DNA of 41,485 bases, from positions 1 to 41,485 of the IMG/VR virus record IMGVR_UViG_3300005611_000065. The stretch is one strand, 5' to 3'. Both the position numbers and the translations under genes were made by a program. The notes below the pieces were generated by a model. The model saw nothing but the letters and a program-made list of their open reading frames with translations. It was not told where the DNA came from and searched no databases. Of the stretch, positions 1 through 7,569 are shown one piece after another. Every line of letters begins with the position of its first letter. The first letter of the stretch is position 1. The stretch comes from a virus. Taxonomy: Duplodnaviria; Caudoviricetes.

Positions 1-2
1 AA

Positions 3-194
3 TATGCAAATAAACTAGCGTATTTTTTTGACTTTGTGTTTGCATTAAGGTCGAGGGTAGACGAAGATGGAAAAACTGAGCGTAGATTCCAGACAGGGTT
101 ACACGGTGACTATCTGGCAAAAAGTAGGACGCAAAAGCTTGAATTATTTGAGGACGCTAACTGGACACATATATTTGCAAAAATAAAAGGATAG
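3..194 (+). CDS. C-terminal fragment of AAA_24/Sak4-like ATPase (5'-truncated)
   Basis: Manual translation YANKLAYFFDFVFALRSRVDEDGKTERRFQTGLHGDYLAKSRTQKLELFEDANWTHIFAKIKG*, homologous to the C-terminus of the ORF at 40820-41485. Confidence 0.85.
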   Translation, partial: YANKLAYFFDFVFALRSRVDEDGKTERRFQTGLHGDYLAKSRTQKLELFEDANWTHIFAKIKG

Positions 195-202
195 TGTATA
201 AT
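175..202 (+). promoter_or_regulatory. Sigma70-like promoter for the HNH gene
   Basis: TTGCAA (175-180), 16 bp spacer, TATAAT (197-202). Confidence 0.6.
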
Positions 203-214
203 ATGAAACAGGAC

Positions 215-320
215 GTGAGAATCCTTTTATGCAGTTACAATTTACCCGCTGTTAATTGCTGCAAGCCCCGGAAACTGCCCGGATTCTCACCTTGCTTCTG
301 TTGACAGCGGGTTTTTTGTT
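215..320 (+). ncRNA. Structured leader with interleaved stems and a U-tract (candidate attenuator or pseudoknot)
   Basis: GTGAGAATCC 215-224 pairs with GGATTCTCAC 281-290. ACCCGCTGTTAA 244-255 pairs with TTGACAGCGGGT 301-312. GCAAG 261-265 pairs with CTTGC 291-295. A T-run follows. Confidence 0.6.
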
Positions 321-323
321 TTA

Positions 324-950
324 ATGGAGTTTATAGTTATGGCTCACAAATCGCTAGTTGGAAATAAATATAATATGTTGACAGTTATAGAATATGCAGG
401 GTCAAGTAAAGCAAAAAAGAGGCGATGGCTATGCTCGTGTGAGTGTGGTGGAACTTCTATTGTCACTACCGGAGATTTAAATACAGGAAACGTGAGATCA
501 TGTGGGTGTTTGTTAAAGGTTGCAAACATAACACACGGGATGTCAAGGACAAAAATACACGGCCGATGGCTTGGGATGAGGACTAGATGTCACAACAAGA
601 AATCAATGTATTATAATAATTACGGCGGCAGGGGTATATTTGTTTGCAGTGAGTGGAGGCATGACTTCTCCGCATTTTACGAATGGTTTATATCTAACGG
701 TGGTGATGAAAGCCTTGAAATTGATAGGATCAATAACAACCTTGGATATTCGCCTGAAAACTGCAGGCTTGTGACAAGAGCTGTAAACAACAATAACAGA
801 AGGGAACGTTCTAGTGCTTCAGGAGTACAAGGTGTAAGGGAGAGGCCAAATGGAAGATGGCAAGCGTACAAGTATGTAGACGGGACACAAGTACATATTG
901 GAACATTTAGCAATAAAGAAGAGGCCATCAAGGCCAAACTAAACAAATAA
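324..950 (+). CDS. Free-standing HNH endonuclease with C-terminal AP2 DNA-binding domain
   Basis: WLCSCECG...SCGC zinc motif, YGGRGI, EIDRINNNLGYSPENCR HNH-like core, GV...GRWQAY...HIGTF..KEEA AP2 motif. Confidence 0.88.
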   Translation: MEFIVMAHKSLVGNKYNMLTVIEYAGSSKAKKRRWLCSCECGGTSIVTTGDLNTGNVRSCGCLLKVANITHGMSRTKIHGRWLGMRTRCHNKKSMYYNNYGGRGIFVCSEWRHDFSAFYEWFISNGGDESLEIDRINNNLGYSPENCRLVTRAVNNNNRRERSSASGVQGVRERPNGRWQAYKYVDGTQVHIGTFSNKEEAIKAKLNK

Positions 951-963
951 CAGGAGTAATAAA

Positions 964-1428
964 ATGGCAGATTTATCTGGATTGTGGGGAGAGAAAACCC
1001 AGCAGGAAATGGCAGAAGAGGCAAGAGGCGGCTTTGTATTACTTGCCCCAGGTTGGCATACAACGGTGATTAAAAAAGCAGAGCTGAAAGACACCCAGTC
1101 CGGCGGTAAAATGCTCGTCGTTGACTTTGAGAACGACGCCACCGCACGATTCAATATCAAGAACGCGAGTCAGAAAGCCGAGATGATTGGCCGTCAACAG
1201 CTTGCGAAGTGCGCCACCGAAGCAGGAGTTAAAAACCTGACAGATTCCGCGCAGCTTCACGGGATGCCTGTTGATATCAAAGTTACTGTTGAAAAATTCG
1301 TTAGCAACACGAACGGGAAGGAGCTTGAGTCAAACAATATTGTTGACTTCGCAAAGGCCGGAACCAAGGCAAACGCAAGCGCGGCAAAAGCAACTGGTGC
1401 AGCAACTACAAATAGCGCCCCGTGGTAA
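964..1428 (+). CDS. DUF669-like ssDNA-binding protein
   Basis: LAPGWH..IKKAELK.TQSGGKML OB-like N-terminus, Ala-rich tail ending APW, RBS AGGAG, located next to a Sak4-like gene. Confidence 0.75.
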   Translation: MADLSGLWGEKTQQEMAEEARGGFVLLAPGWHTTVIKKAELKDTQSGGKMLVVDFENDATARFNIKNASQKAEMIGRQQLAKCATEAGVKNLTDSAQLHGMPVDIKVTVEKFVSNTNGKELESNNIVDFAKAGTKANASAAKATGAATTNSAPW

Positions 1429-1451
1429 AGTAATAATCCACTGAATGGAGA

Positions 1452-1490
1452 AGGCCCGGATTAAGGCAACTTGACCGGGCCTGTTTTTTT
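1452..1490 (+). terminator. Intrinsic terminator
   Basis: AGGCCCGG/CCGGGCCT stem followed by T7. Confidence 0.7.
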
Positions 1491-2192
1491 ATGGGAAACC
1501 TTGAATTTATAAATAATGATCCGAACGATATCGGGCTTGCGGTCGACGAGCTAATTGCAGCAAGGCAAAAACAGCGCGGTTATATGGGGTTGTCTCAAGT
1601 CGGGATTGTTAACGAGTGTACCAGAAAAGCATGGTTCATCATGAACGGCAAAGAGTGTGAGCCATTTCCTGGAAGGATTTTAAGGCTATTCCGCACTGGT
1701 GACGATACCGAGCTTAATATTGTTACCGACCTGAAGGATATCGGGTTATCGGTTCACAGCGAGCAAAAAGAGGTCACTGCAACTCAAAACAAGTTAAAAC
1801 TGAAAGGACACATTGACGGGATAGTCGAAGGCCTCGGAGTGTTTGGTTTTGGAGACAAACCGCACCTACTGGAAATAAAAAGCTGCAACGATAAGCGATT
1901 CAAAGAATTAAAGAAAACAGGTGACTATTGCGAATGGGGTGGCGCGTCATATAAAGCGCAGGTCCACATTTACGCTACACTGTTAAAAATTGACAGGATA
2001 TTTACGGTTGTTGAAAACAAAAATACAAGTGAGCGCCATTTTTCAAGATTCCACCGCAACCGTGATTTTGCAATAGATACTTTACGCCTAGCCTTTGATA
2101 TAATGTCCATGCAAGCGCCACCAGAGCCACAACTTCCGGCTAATTGGTATTCGTGCAAGTGGTGCGGATATCGCGGAGTGTGTCGATCATGA
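1491..2192 (+). CDS. Cas4-like PD-(D/E)XK exonuclease
   Basis: GHIDGI...LLEIKS nuclease motifs, QVHIY, N-terminal Cys and C-terminal CKWCGYRGVC cluster. Confidence 0.85.
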   Translation: MGNLEFINNDPNDIGLAVDELIAARQKQRGYMGLSQVGIVNECTRKAWFIMNGKECEPFPGRILRLFRTGDDTELNIVTDLKDIGLSVHSEQKEVTATQNKLKLKGHIDGIVEGLGVFGFGDKPHLLEIKSCNDKRFKELKKTGDYCEWGGASYKAQVHIYATLLKIDRIFTVVENKNTSERHFSRFHRNRDFAIDTLRLAFDIMSMQAPPEPQLPANWYSCKWCGYRGVCRS

Positions 2193-3886
2193 TTTTACGA
2201 CCATACCAGGAAAGGGTGGTTGACCAACTGTGGACTGCGCTAATTTCCGGAAAAAATGCACTGCTTCAGGGGCCGTGTGCTTTTGGGAAATCTGTCACAC
2301 TTGCTACAATTGCAGGGAAGATGGATAGAAGCCATAGAGTATTGGTAATAGTTGATCGGCAGATCCTCGTAAAACAGCTTGTAGAAACTTTTAAAATGGT
2401 TGTTCCAGGTCGCACCGTTGGGATAGCATGTAGTGGTGTTCAGCGAAAAGTAGAGCTTGATTGCAACATAACAATAGCAACAAGGCAGACCCTCACAGGT
2501 AGACTGGGAACGTGTGAACCGTTCAACCTTGTAATGATTGACGAAGCACACCTGCTACCTTTAAAACCAGACGGTGAGCCAGCAGACGACCAATACGGGC
2601 AAATAATAGCGCAAATAATAGAATACAACCCGAGAGTACGCCTTCTTGGCTGCACTGCTACGCCATATTCTCTTACCGCTGGTTATATTTATGGGAATAA
2701 ACACCGTGTTGGACTTGTTCCATATTTTGATGAGCTTACCGCAAGCGTTACCGTTGAAGAATTGACCAAAGGCGGTTATTTGTCTCCTGCGGTCGGTCAT
2801 GTTGTTGAAACAGGAGTTGACCTATCGCAAGTTTCGTTGATTGCTGGTGAATATAATTTAGGCGAACTGTCAACGGAAATGGTTAAGCACTGCCAGACCG
2901 TAAACGACGCAATAGAAAAATATTGCGAAGAGCGAAAAAAGATACTCGTTTTTGCAGTTGATATAAAACACTGCGAGAGTATCCAAAAGGCCGTTCCAGG
3001 TTCAATTGTAATTCATAGCGGACTGTCAAAAAAACAACACCAGCGCAACATGGATGCAATAGAAAGCGGACTGGCAGGAGTCGCAATTTCTGTTGCACAG
3101 TTAAGTATCGGTTTTGATGTTCCAGATGTTGACGCGATAATTCTCGCCAGGCCGTCAAAGTCCACAGCACTAATAATGCAGCAGATCGGGAGAGCATTAC
3201 GGATTGCAGATGGTAAAAAAGATGCAATGATAATTGATCTCGTCGGAGCGACTGAACAGCACTTTGTAAAAAACGATCTCGACAAGCCGAAAGTAATAAT
3301 TCCACGACCGCCAAGTGGTGAGGGTGACGCGCCTTTTAAACTCTGCCCAGGGGAGCTTGACGATGGACTGCTTTGCATGGCAGAGGTTCACCCTAAAGTC
3401 ATCATCTGCCCTCATTGCGGGTATAAGTGGGAAACGCTATACGCTGAGTCATTACCTGGGATGAAAGAGGTTGCATTTGACGCAACGCCACCAGATCCAC
3501 CAGAATGGATTGACGTTATCGGGATAGAAGTTGACATCCACAATTCAAAAAAATCAGGAAAGAATCTCCTGAAAGTTAAAATTGAACTCAACTTACCACT
3601 TGATAGGCACCCATATGTCACAGATTGGATTTGTGGCTATGAGTATTCTGGATTTGCTCTCGAAAAAGGCAAAGAGAAATGGGAGCAGTACTCTGATACA
3701 GACATGCCAGAAGACACAACAAGTATGCTGTGGGATGCTTTGGAAAGCTTCTCGACACCTAAACGAGCGTCAGTATCAAGGCCGGGGCGATTTTGGGAGC
3801 TGCATGACCTTGACTTTGGATCAGAGGACAAAGAAGGCTATGAACACCAGCCAATAACTGCAAATAATGAGGAACTTCCATTTTGA
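2189..3886 (+). CDS. SF2 DEAH-type helicase (RadD/YejH-like) with zinc finger
   Basis: LRPYQ, CAFGKS, DEAH, TATP, IGFDVP, QQIGRALR, CP..C/CPHC. Start chosen at the ATG overlapping the upstream TGA. Confidence 0.92.
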   Translation: MILRPYQERVVDQLWTALISGKNALLQGPCAFGKSVTLATIAGKMDRSHRVLVIVDRQILVKQLVETFKMVVPGRTVGIACSGVQRKVELDCNITIATRQTLTGRLGTCEPFNLVMIDEAHLLPLKPDGEPADDQYGQIIAQIIEYNPRVRLLGCTATPYSLTAGYIYGNKHRVGLVPYFDELTASVTVEELTKGGYLSPAVGHVVETGVDLSQVSLIAGEYNLGELSTEMVKHCQTVNDAIEKYCEERKKILVFAVDIKHCESIQKAVPGSIVIHSGLSKKQHQRNMDAIESGLAGVAISVAQLSIGFDVPDVDAIILARPSKSTALIMQQIGRALRIADGKKDAMIIDLVGATEQHFVKNDLDKPKVIIPRPPSGEGDAPFKLCPGELDDGLLCMAEVHPKVIICPHCGYKWETLYAESLPGMKEVAFDATPPDPPEWIDVIGIEVDIHNSKKSGKNLLKVKIELNLPLDRHPYVTDWICGYEYSGFALEKGKEKWEQYSDTDMPEDTTSMLWDALESFSTPKRASVSRPGRFWELHDLDFGSEDKEGYEHQPITANNEELPF

Positions 3887-4245
3887 AAACAGAGCACAAA
3901 GAACAGGCTGAACTATGCAAATTTTTAAGAGCAAACAGAATTTTTCATGCAGCAATACCCAATGCACAGGCGCTTTCCGGTGCAAACAGGGGTGCAGCTG
4001 TCAGGAACATGGCAAAGCTAAAAGCTGAAGGTTTTCAGAAGGGATTCCCAGACATTCTTGTGATCCTGCCTGAAAAACTACTTGTTATAGAGATGAAAAG
4101 AGAAAAAGGCGGCACAGTATCAAAAGAACAAAAGCACTGGTTAGCGGTCTTCAACACAAAAACAGAATACGCGGAAGCTCACGTTTGCAATAGTGCTGAA
4201 GAGGCAATTTCACTGGTAAAATCCAAATATTCCGCACTGGAATAA
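3883..4245 (+). CDS. VRR-NUC domain nuclease
   Basis: EH.EQ, G...GFPDILV....IEMKREKGG.VS.EQK.W. Confidence 0.88.
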   Translation: MKTEHKEQAELCKFLRANRIFHAAIPNAQALSGANRGAAVRNMAKLKAEGFQKGFPDILVILPEKLLVIEMKREKGGTVSKEQKHWLAVFNTKTEYAEAHVCNSAEEAISLVKSKYSALE

Positions 4246-4249
4246 AATA

Positions 4250-4278
4250 TTGACATACCCTTTTCACGGTGGTATTGT
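4250..4278 (+). promoter_or_regulatory. Strong sigma70-like promoter heading the cassette block
   Basis: TTGACA 4250-4255, 17 bp spacer, TATTGT 4273-4278 with an extended TG. Confidence 0.75.
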
Positions 4279-4309
4279 TTGTTTATGAACTTAACTTTTG
4301 GAGGAATAA

Positions 4310-4441
4310 TTGAAGGCACTTGAGTTAGTAACAGGCGTGGCAATATTTGCACATGCCTGTGTAGCGGTTGTAGTTGGGGAGTACTCTTTTGCGCTTGGAT
4401 TGTTTAGTGGCTCTATAGCGTGGTTTTTGCTTGCGGCTTGA
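4310..4441 (+). CDS. Small hydrophobic protein (43 aa)
   Basis: GGAGG RBS and TTG start; MKALELVTGVAIFAHACVAVVVGEYSFALGLFSGSIAWFLLAA. Confidence 0.55.
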   Translation: MKALELVTGVAIFAHACVAVVVGEYSFALGLFSGSIAWFLLAA

Positions 4442-4507
4442 GCAGTACAACGCTAAGTTCAGCGGACTGCGCTTTTGCAGTTCCGCTGTAATGACTGGTT
4501 ATATTGC
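4442..4507 (-). repeat. attC-like recombination site 1
   Basis: + strand reads AAC-GCTAAG-TTCAGCGG ACTGC...GCAGT t CCGCTG t AA-TGACTG-GTT; about 60 bp imperfect palindrome with extrahelical bases. Confidence 0.8.
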
Positions 4508-4526
4508 GGAGTTTAGGAAAACAGAA

Positions 4527-5399
4527 ATGAGAATAGCCTTACACGATCACGAAAACAATGGCTACCCCAACGTAGCCCTGATGAAACTAAGCGCTTGGCA
4601 TAAGGCCAAGGGTGATTCTGTGGAGTGGTTTAACCAGATGTTTGGCAACTACGACCAGGTGTATTCCAGCAAGGTTTTTACCTGGACGAAGCCTGACCCG
4701 TATTTGCCAAAGGATACCGTTATTGGTGGAACTGGCCATGACATTACTGCAACCCTGCCAGAAGAAGTTGAAAGCATGATGCCTGATTATGGTCTTTATG
4801 ATTGTGACAAGTCATACGGATTTCTTACTCGTGGCTGTATTCGTAAATGCCCATGGTGTTTTGTCCCGAAAAAAGAGGGAAGGATCAGGGCGCACCAAGA
4901 CATTGACGATTTTCTCCAGCACAAAGAAGTGGTGTTGATGGATAACAATGTGCTGGCTCATAAACATGGTATTGAGCAGATAGAGAAAATGGCGAAAATG
5001 GGCTTGAAGGTAGATTTTAACCAAGGGCTTGATGCAAGGTTGATCGACAATTCTATGGCGAAACTGTTGGCATCTGTGACGTGGAAACCGTCGATACGGT
5101 TGGCCTGTGATTCTGTAGAAATGATTGAGCCAATCCGCAAGGCGGTTGAGTTGCTGAGGTGGCATAATGCTACGCCTACACGTTTTTTCTGTTATACGCT
5201 GGTGCAGGATATAGCGGATGCGCTGGAACGGGTAAGGTTTCTGAAAGGGATGAATGTTGACCCTTTTTGCCAGCCTTACAGAGACAAGAAAGGAACGCCA
5301 CCAACAGACATTCAGAGAAGGTTTGCAAGGTGGGTAAACCACAAGGCTATTTTTAAAACTACCCCGTGGGAAGAGTACGGGGTAGCAAAAGCAATATAA
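4527..5399 (+). CDS. Radical SAM-type protein with N-terminal cobalamin-binding-like region (cassette-borne)
   Basis: TRGCIRKCPWC is a CxxxCxxC motif; YPNVALMKLS..HK..GD.V, GGTG, DNN, DFNQGLDARL. True start is likely the ATG at 4527, since the upstream extension just translates attC-1. Confidence 0.85.
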   Translation: MRIALHDHENNGYPNVALMKLSAWHKAKGDSVEWFNQMFGNYDQVYSSKVFTWTKPDPYLPKDTVIGGTGHDITATLPEEVESMMPDYGLYDCDKSYGFLTRGCIRKCPWCFVPKKEGRIRAHQDIDDFLQHKEVVLMDNNVLAHKHGIEQIEKMAKMGLKVDFNQGLDARLIDNSMAKLLASVTWKPSIRLACDSVEMIEPIRKAVELLRWHNATPTRFFCYTLVQDIADALERVRFLKGMNVDPFCQPYRDKKGTPPTDIQRRFARWVNHKAIFKTTPWEEYGVAKAI

Positions 5400-5483
5400 C
5401 GCTAAACTAAGCTGCCGCCCTATGAAACTGACCCCGTAGGGCCGCAGACTATCTTGCGGTCAGCTTGAGTGATTTGTTATGCA
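5391..5483 (-). repeat. attC-like recombination site 2
   Basis: + strand reads TAAC-GCTAAA-CTAAGCTG CCGC...GCGG t CAGCTT g AG-TGATTT-GTTA, with extrahelical T and G. Confidence 0.85.
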
Positions 5484-5700
5484 AAATTATCTTTTTAAAG
5501 TTTCTCTAATGGCTGAAAACGCATGGAGCCGATATTGGGGCAAACGAGTACCGCCCCTGTATTTTGTAGGGAGAAATAAGGCAGAAGCGAAAGAGTGGGC
5601 TACCAACAACGTTAAAGAAGGCTTGTCTGTGAGGTCTGTTTCGTGCATGGCTAGGCAGCTTGCCCCCGCTATTTTTACTGGCGACATTAAATCTGCATAA
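5479..5700 (+). CDS. Hypothetical protein (cassette-borne, 73 aa)
   Basis: ATG lies inside GTTATGCA and the stop lies inside the complementary TGCATAAC. Confidence 0.65.
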   Translation: MQNYLFKVSLMAENAWSRYWGKRVPPLYFVGRNKAEAKEWATNNVKEGLSVRSVSCMARQLAPAIFTGDIKSA

Positions 5701-5716
5701 CAGTGTCAATAAGTGG
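5694..5716 (-). other. att half-site (attI/attG-like insertion point or truncated attC)
   Basis: - strand reads CCACTTATTGACACT-GTTATGCA. The core is complementary to the attC-2 end, but there is no second arm. Confidence 0.5.
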
Positions 5717-5743
5717 AAAAACACATCGAACATGGAGCAGACA

Positions 5744-5977
5744 ATGGAAGAGTTGAAAACATCTCCGGTTACTTTAAAGATAGAGCTAAACGTTGACTGT
5801 CCACACTGCGAAGAATGTTTTGACTTGCTTGAAGAGTGTAGCGTTGACGACGAAGCAGATATTTTTGGCATGGCATTGCCGGACGGCATATGGCACACAG
5901 CACATAAAAAGTTTGAGTTTGAGTTTGAGTGTCCAGAGTGTAAGAAAACTTTCTTGGCAAAAACTATTGAGTGGTAA
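5744..5977 (+). CDS. Small zinc-ribbon protein
   Basis: CPHC...CPEC; GGAG RBS before the ATG at 5744. Confidence 0.65.
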   Translation: MEELKTSPVTLKIELNVDCPHCEECFDLLEECSVDDEADIFGMALPDGIWHTAHKKFEFEFECPECKKTFLAKTIEW

Positions 5978-5983
5978 TAAAAC

Positions 5984-6235
5984 ATGAACCCACAATTCAA
6001 AATACACGGCCAAGAGAGGAAGGCGCTAAAGAAACAGGTTGGACTTTTGAGGCGCAGTATTTCTAATTTCTGGCACCACTGGCAGACAAACGACGATATG
6101 TATAACATTTTTGGACATGAAAATCCATGGCCTAAAGAAGAAGCTGAGAAGCACCACGCAATAATCGTTGCAGAGATAGAAGAGAAGGAGAAGTTGCTTG
6201 CTGTTGCGTATGAAAACTTTGATATGCAAATTTAA
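5984..6235 (+). CDS. Hypothetical protein
   Basis: 83-aa ORF tightly packed in the operon. Confidence 0.6.
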   Translation: MNPQFKIHGQERKALKKQVGLLRRSISNFWHHWQTNDDMYNIFGHENPWPKEEAEKHHAIIVAEIEEKEKLLAVAYENFDMQI

Positions 6236-6243
6236 TTATTTAG

Positions 6244-6525
6244 GTGATATCTGTGAAAATGAAAGTTTGGTGGATTCCGCAATTACCTGGAAAAGCGTTT
6301 GAGGTTAACGTTGAAACTGTGCAAGAGGGCGTGAAGATTATGAATACACTAGCTGAATACGATTTATTTCAGTTTGAAAACAATATCAAGCCGGACTACT
6401 GCAACGTCGGGGGAATAAATGTATTCGACCCCACTGACGATACTGACGGCCCTGATGGATCGTGGGTATCATGGTGGGACGAAGAGACAGGAGAAGATGA
6501 CCCGATGGCATTTGTTGAGGCTTAA
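6244..6525 (+). CDS. P22 gp17-like (superinfection-exclusion-related) protein
   Basis: KVWWIPQ.P.K.F.V.V...EG.....LA.YDLFQ.EN.IKPDY.N.GG pattern recalled from the gp17 family. Confidence 0.65.
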   Translation: MISVKMKVWWIPQLPGKAFEVNVETVQEGVKIMNTLAEYDLFQFENNIKPDYCNVGGINVFDPTDDTDGPDGSWVSWWDEETGEDDPMAFVEA

Positions 6526-6580
6526 GCGTAACATTTATATTACATGACATGTGCAATTAATCACGGAAGGAGATTAAAAT

Positions 6581-6877
6581 ATGAACAGTAAACAAAGAAT
6601 AGATAGTGAGCCTGAAAACGGAGATGCACGGGGTCATGGTGCATCGCCTTGTTGTTCTGATATCAAAGAGTATGTGATGCGGCGCAATGAGGCGTTTTTG
6701 TTACTCGACAAAGATAAGATTGTAAAAATGATGAAAGAGCATGAAATCGAAATCCCAGAAAATGAAACTGTTTTCTGGGCTTCAGTACACATAGCAAGAA
6801 CCAAAATGACCGACTTCAGTAAAGATGTGAAGGCTGAGAGTCAGATGTGGCTACGGGAAAATGGCTTTGCTGTATAG
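6581..6877 (+). CDS. Hypothetical protein
   Basis: AGGAG RBS. The N-terminus overlaps a degenerate attC-like hairpin and the stop lies in the attC-3 core. Confidence 0.65.
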   Translation: MNSKQRIDSEPENGDARGHGASPCCSDIKEYVMRRNEAFLLLDKDKIVKMMKEHEIEIPENETVFWASVHIARTKMTDFSKDVKAESQMWLRENGFAV

Positions 6878-6935
6878 CGCAAAGCTAAGTGACAAACGGC
6901 AGTATCGTTTGTCCAGCTTGAGCGTATTGTTATAT
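6872..6935 (-). repeat. attC-like site 3 (core AAC mutated to AGC)
   Basis: TAGC-GCAAA-GCTAAGTG ACAAACG...CGTTTGT c CAGCTT g AG-CGTATT-GTTA; shares CAGCTTGAG with attC-2. Confidence 0.75.
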
Positions 6936-6954
6936 TTTCAGCCATGGAGGAATT

Positions 6955-7146
6955 ATGAAAGACGACTACAGAAGTGATTATCCCAATGAGCCTATCGGTG
7001 ATGGCAATCAATACTATCGCTGTATATTTTGTAAAATTTCTGATCCACAAATCAACGGCAGACTTGATGGACACTCTACATCTTGCGAGTGGAGAATAAA
7101 AGAGGAAGCAAAACAACACACTAAGCGGAAGAGGAGAGGTATCTAA
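6955..7146 (+). CDS. Small putative zinc-finger protein
   Basis: GGAGG RBS; YYRCIFC...GHSTSC (CxxC..H..C). Confidence 0.65.
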   Translation: MKDDYRSDYPNEPIGDGNQYYRCIFCKISDPQINGRLDGHSTSCEWRIKEEAKQHTKRKRRGI

Positions 7147-7166
7147 AAAATACTTTGATATGAATT

Positions 7167-7424
7167 ATGAGGCTGTTGTATAAAACAAAAATGATAACCC
7201 AAACAGACCTTTCAGAAAAACTAGGAATAAAAAAATCCCAACTCAGCAAGATACTTTCCGGGAAACAGCGGTTGTCACGTAAAATGGCGATTGAAGTCGA
7301 GAAATTAACAGGTATAAATAGAATTGTCTTTATGGATGGCAGCCAAGCTGATATTATTGAAGCGATTGAAGAAATCTATGGTAAAATAAATTTCAATGTT
7401 GGCCGGATAAAGCACGAAAATTAA
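7167..7424 (+). CDS. XRE-family HTH transcriptional regulator
   Basis: TQTDLSEKLGIKKSQLSKILSGK. Confidence 0.8.
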   Translation: MRLLYKTKMITQTDLSEKLGIKKSQLSKILSGKQRLSRKMAIEVEKLTGINRIVFMDGSQADIIEAIEEIYGKINFNVGRIKHEN

Positions 7425-7569
7425 ACGCTGTAATTGTTAAGGCTCGATGCATTTGCGGCACCTACAAACAATCGGGTAGACCTCCAAACATCTCCTTCCC
7501 CGATCCAATCACCCTATGCGCCAGGGCATTTGGTGCTTGGTATTAATCGAGCCACCTGGTTTTTATCTC

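Noticed and set aside
1491-2192. Cas4-like gene as evidence of CRISPR-Cas
   Set aside because: No repeat-spacer array or other cas genes. It sits in a standard Sak4-SSB-exonuclease-helicase module.
4431-4526. N-terminal extension of the radical SAM ORF in the ORF track
   Set aside because: It is a translation of attC-1. Family-like sequence begins at the ATG at 4527.
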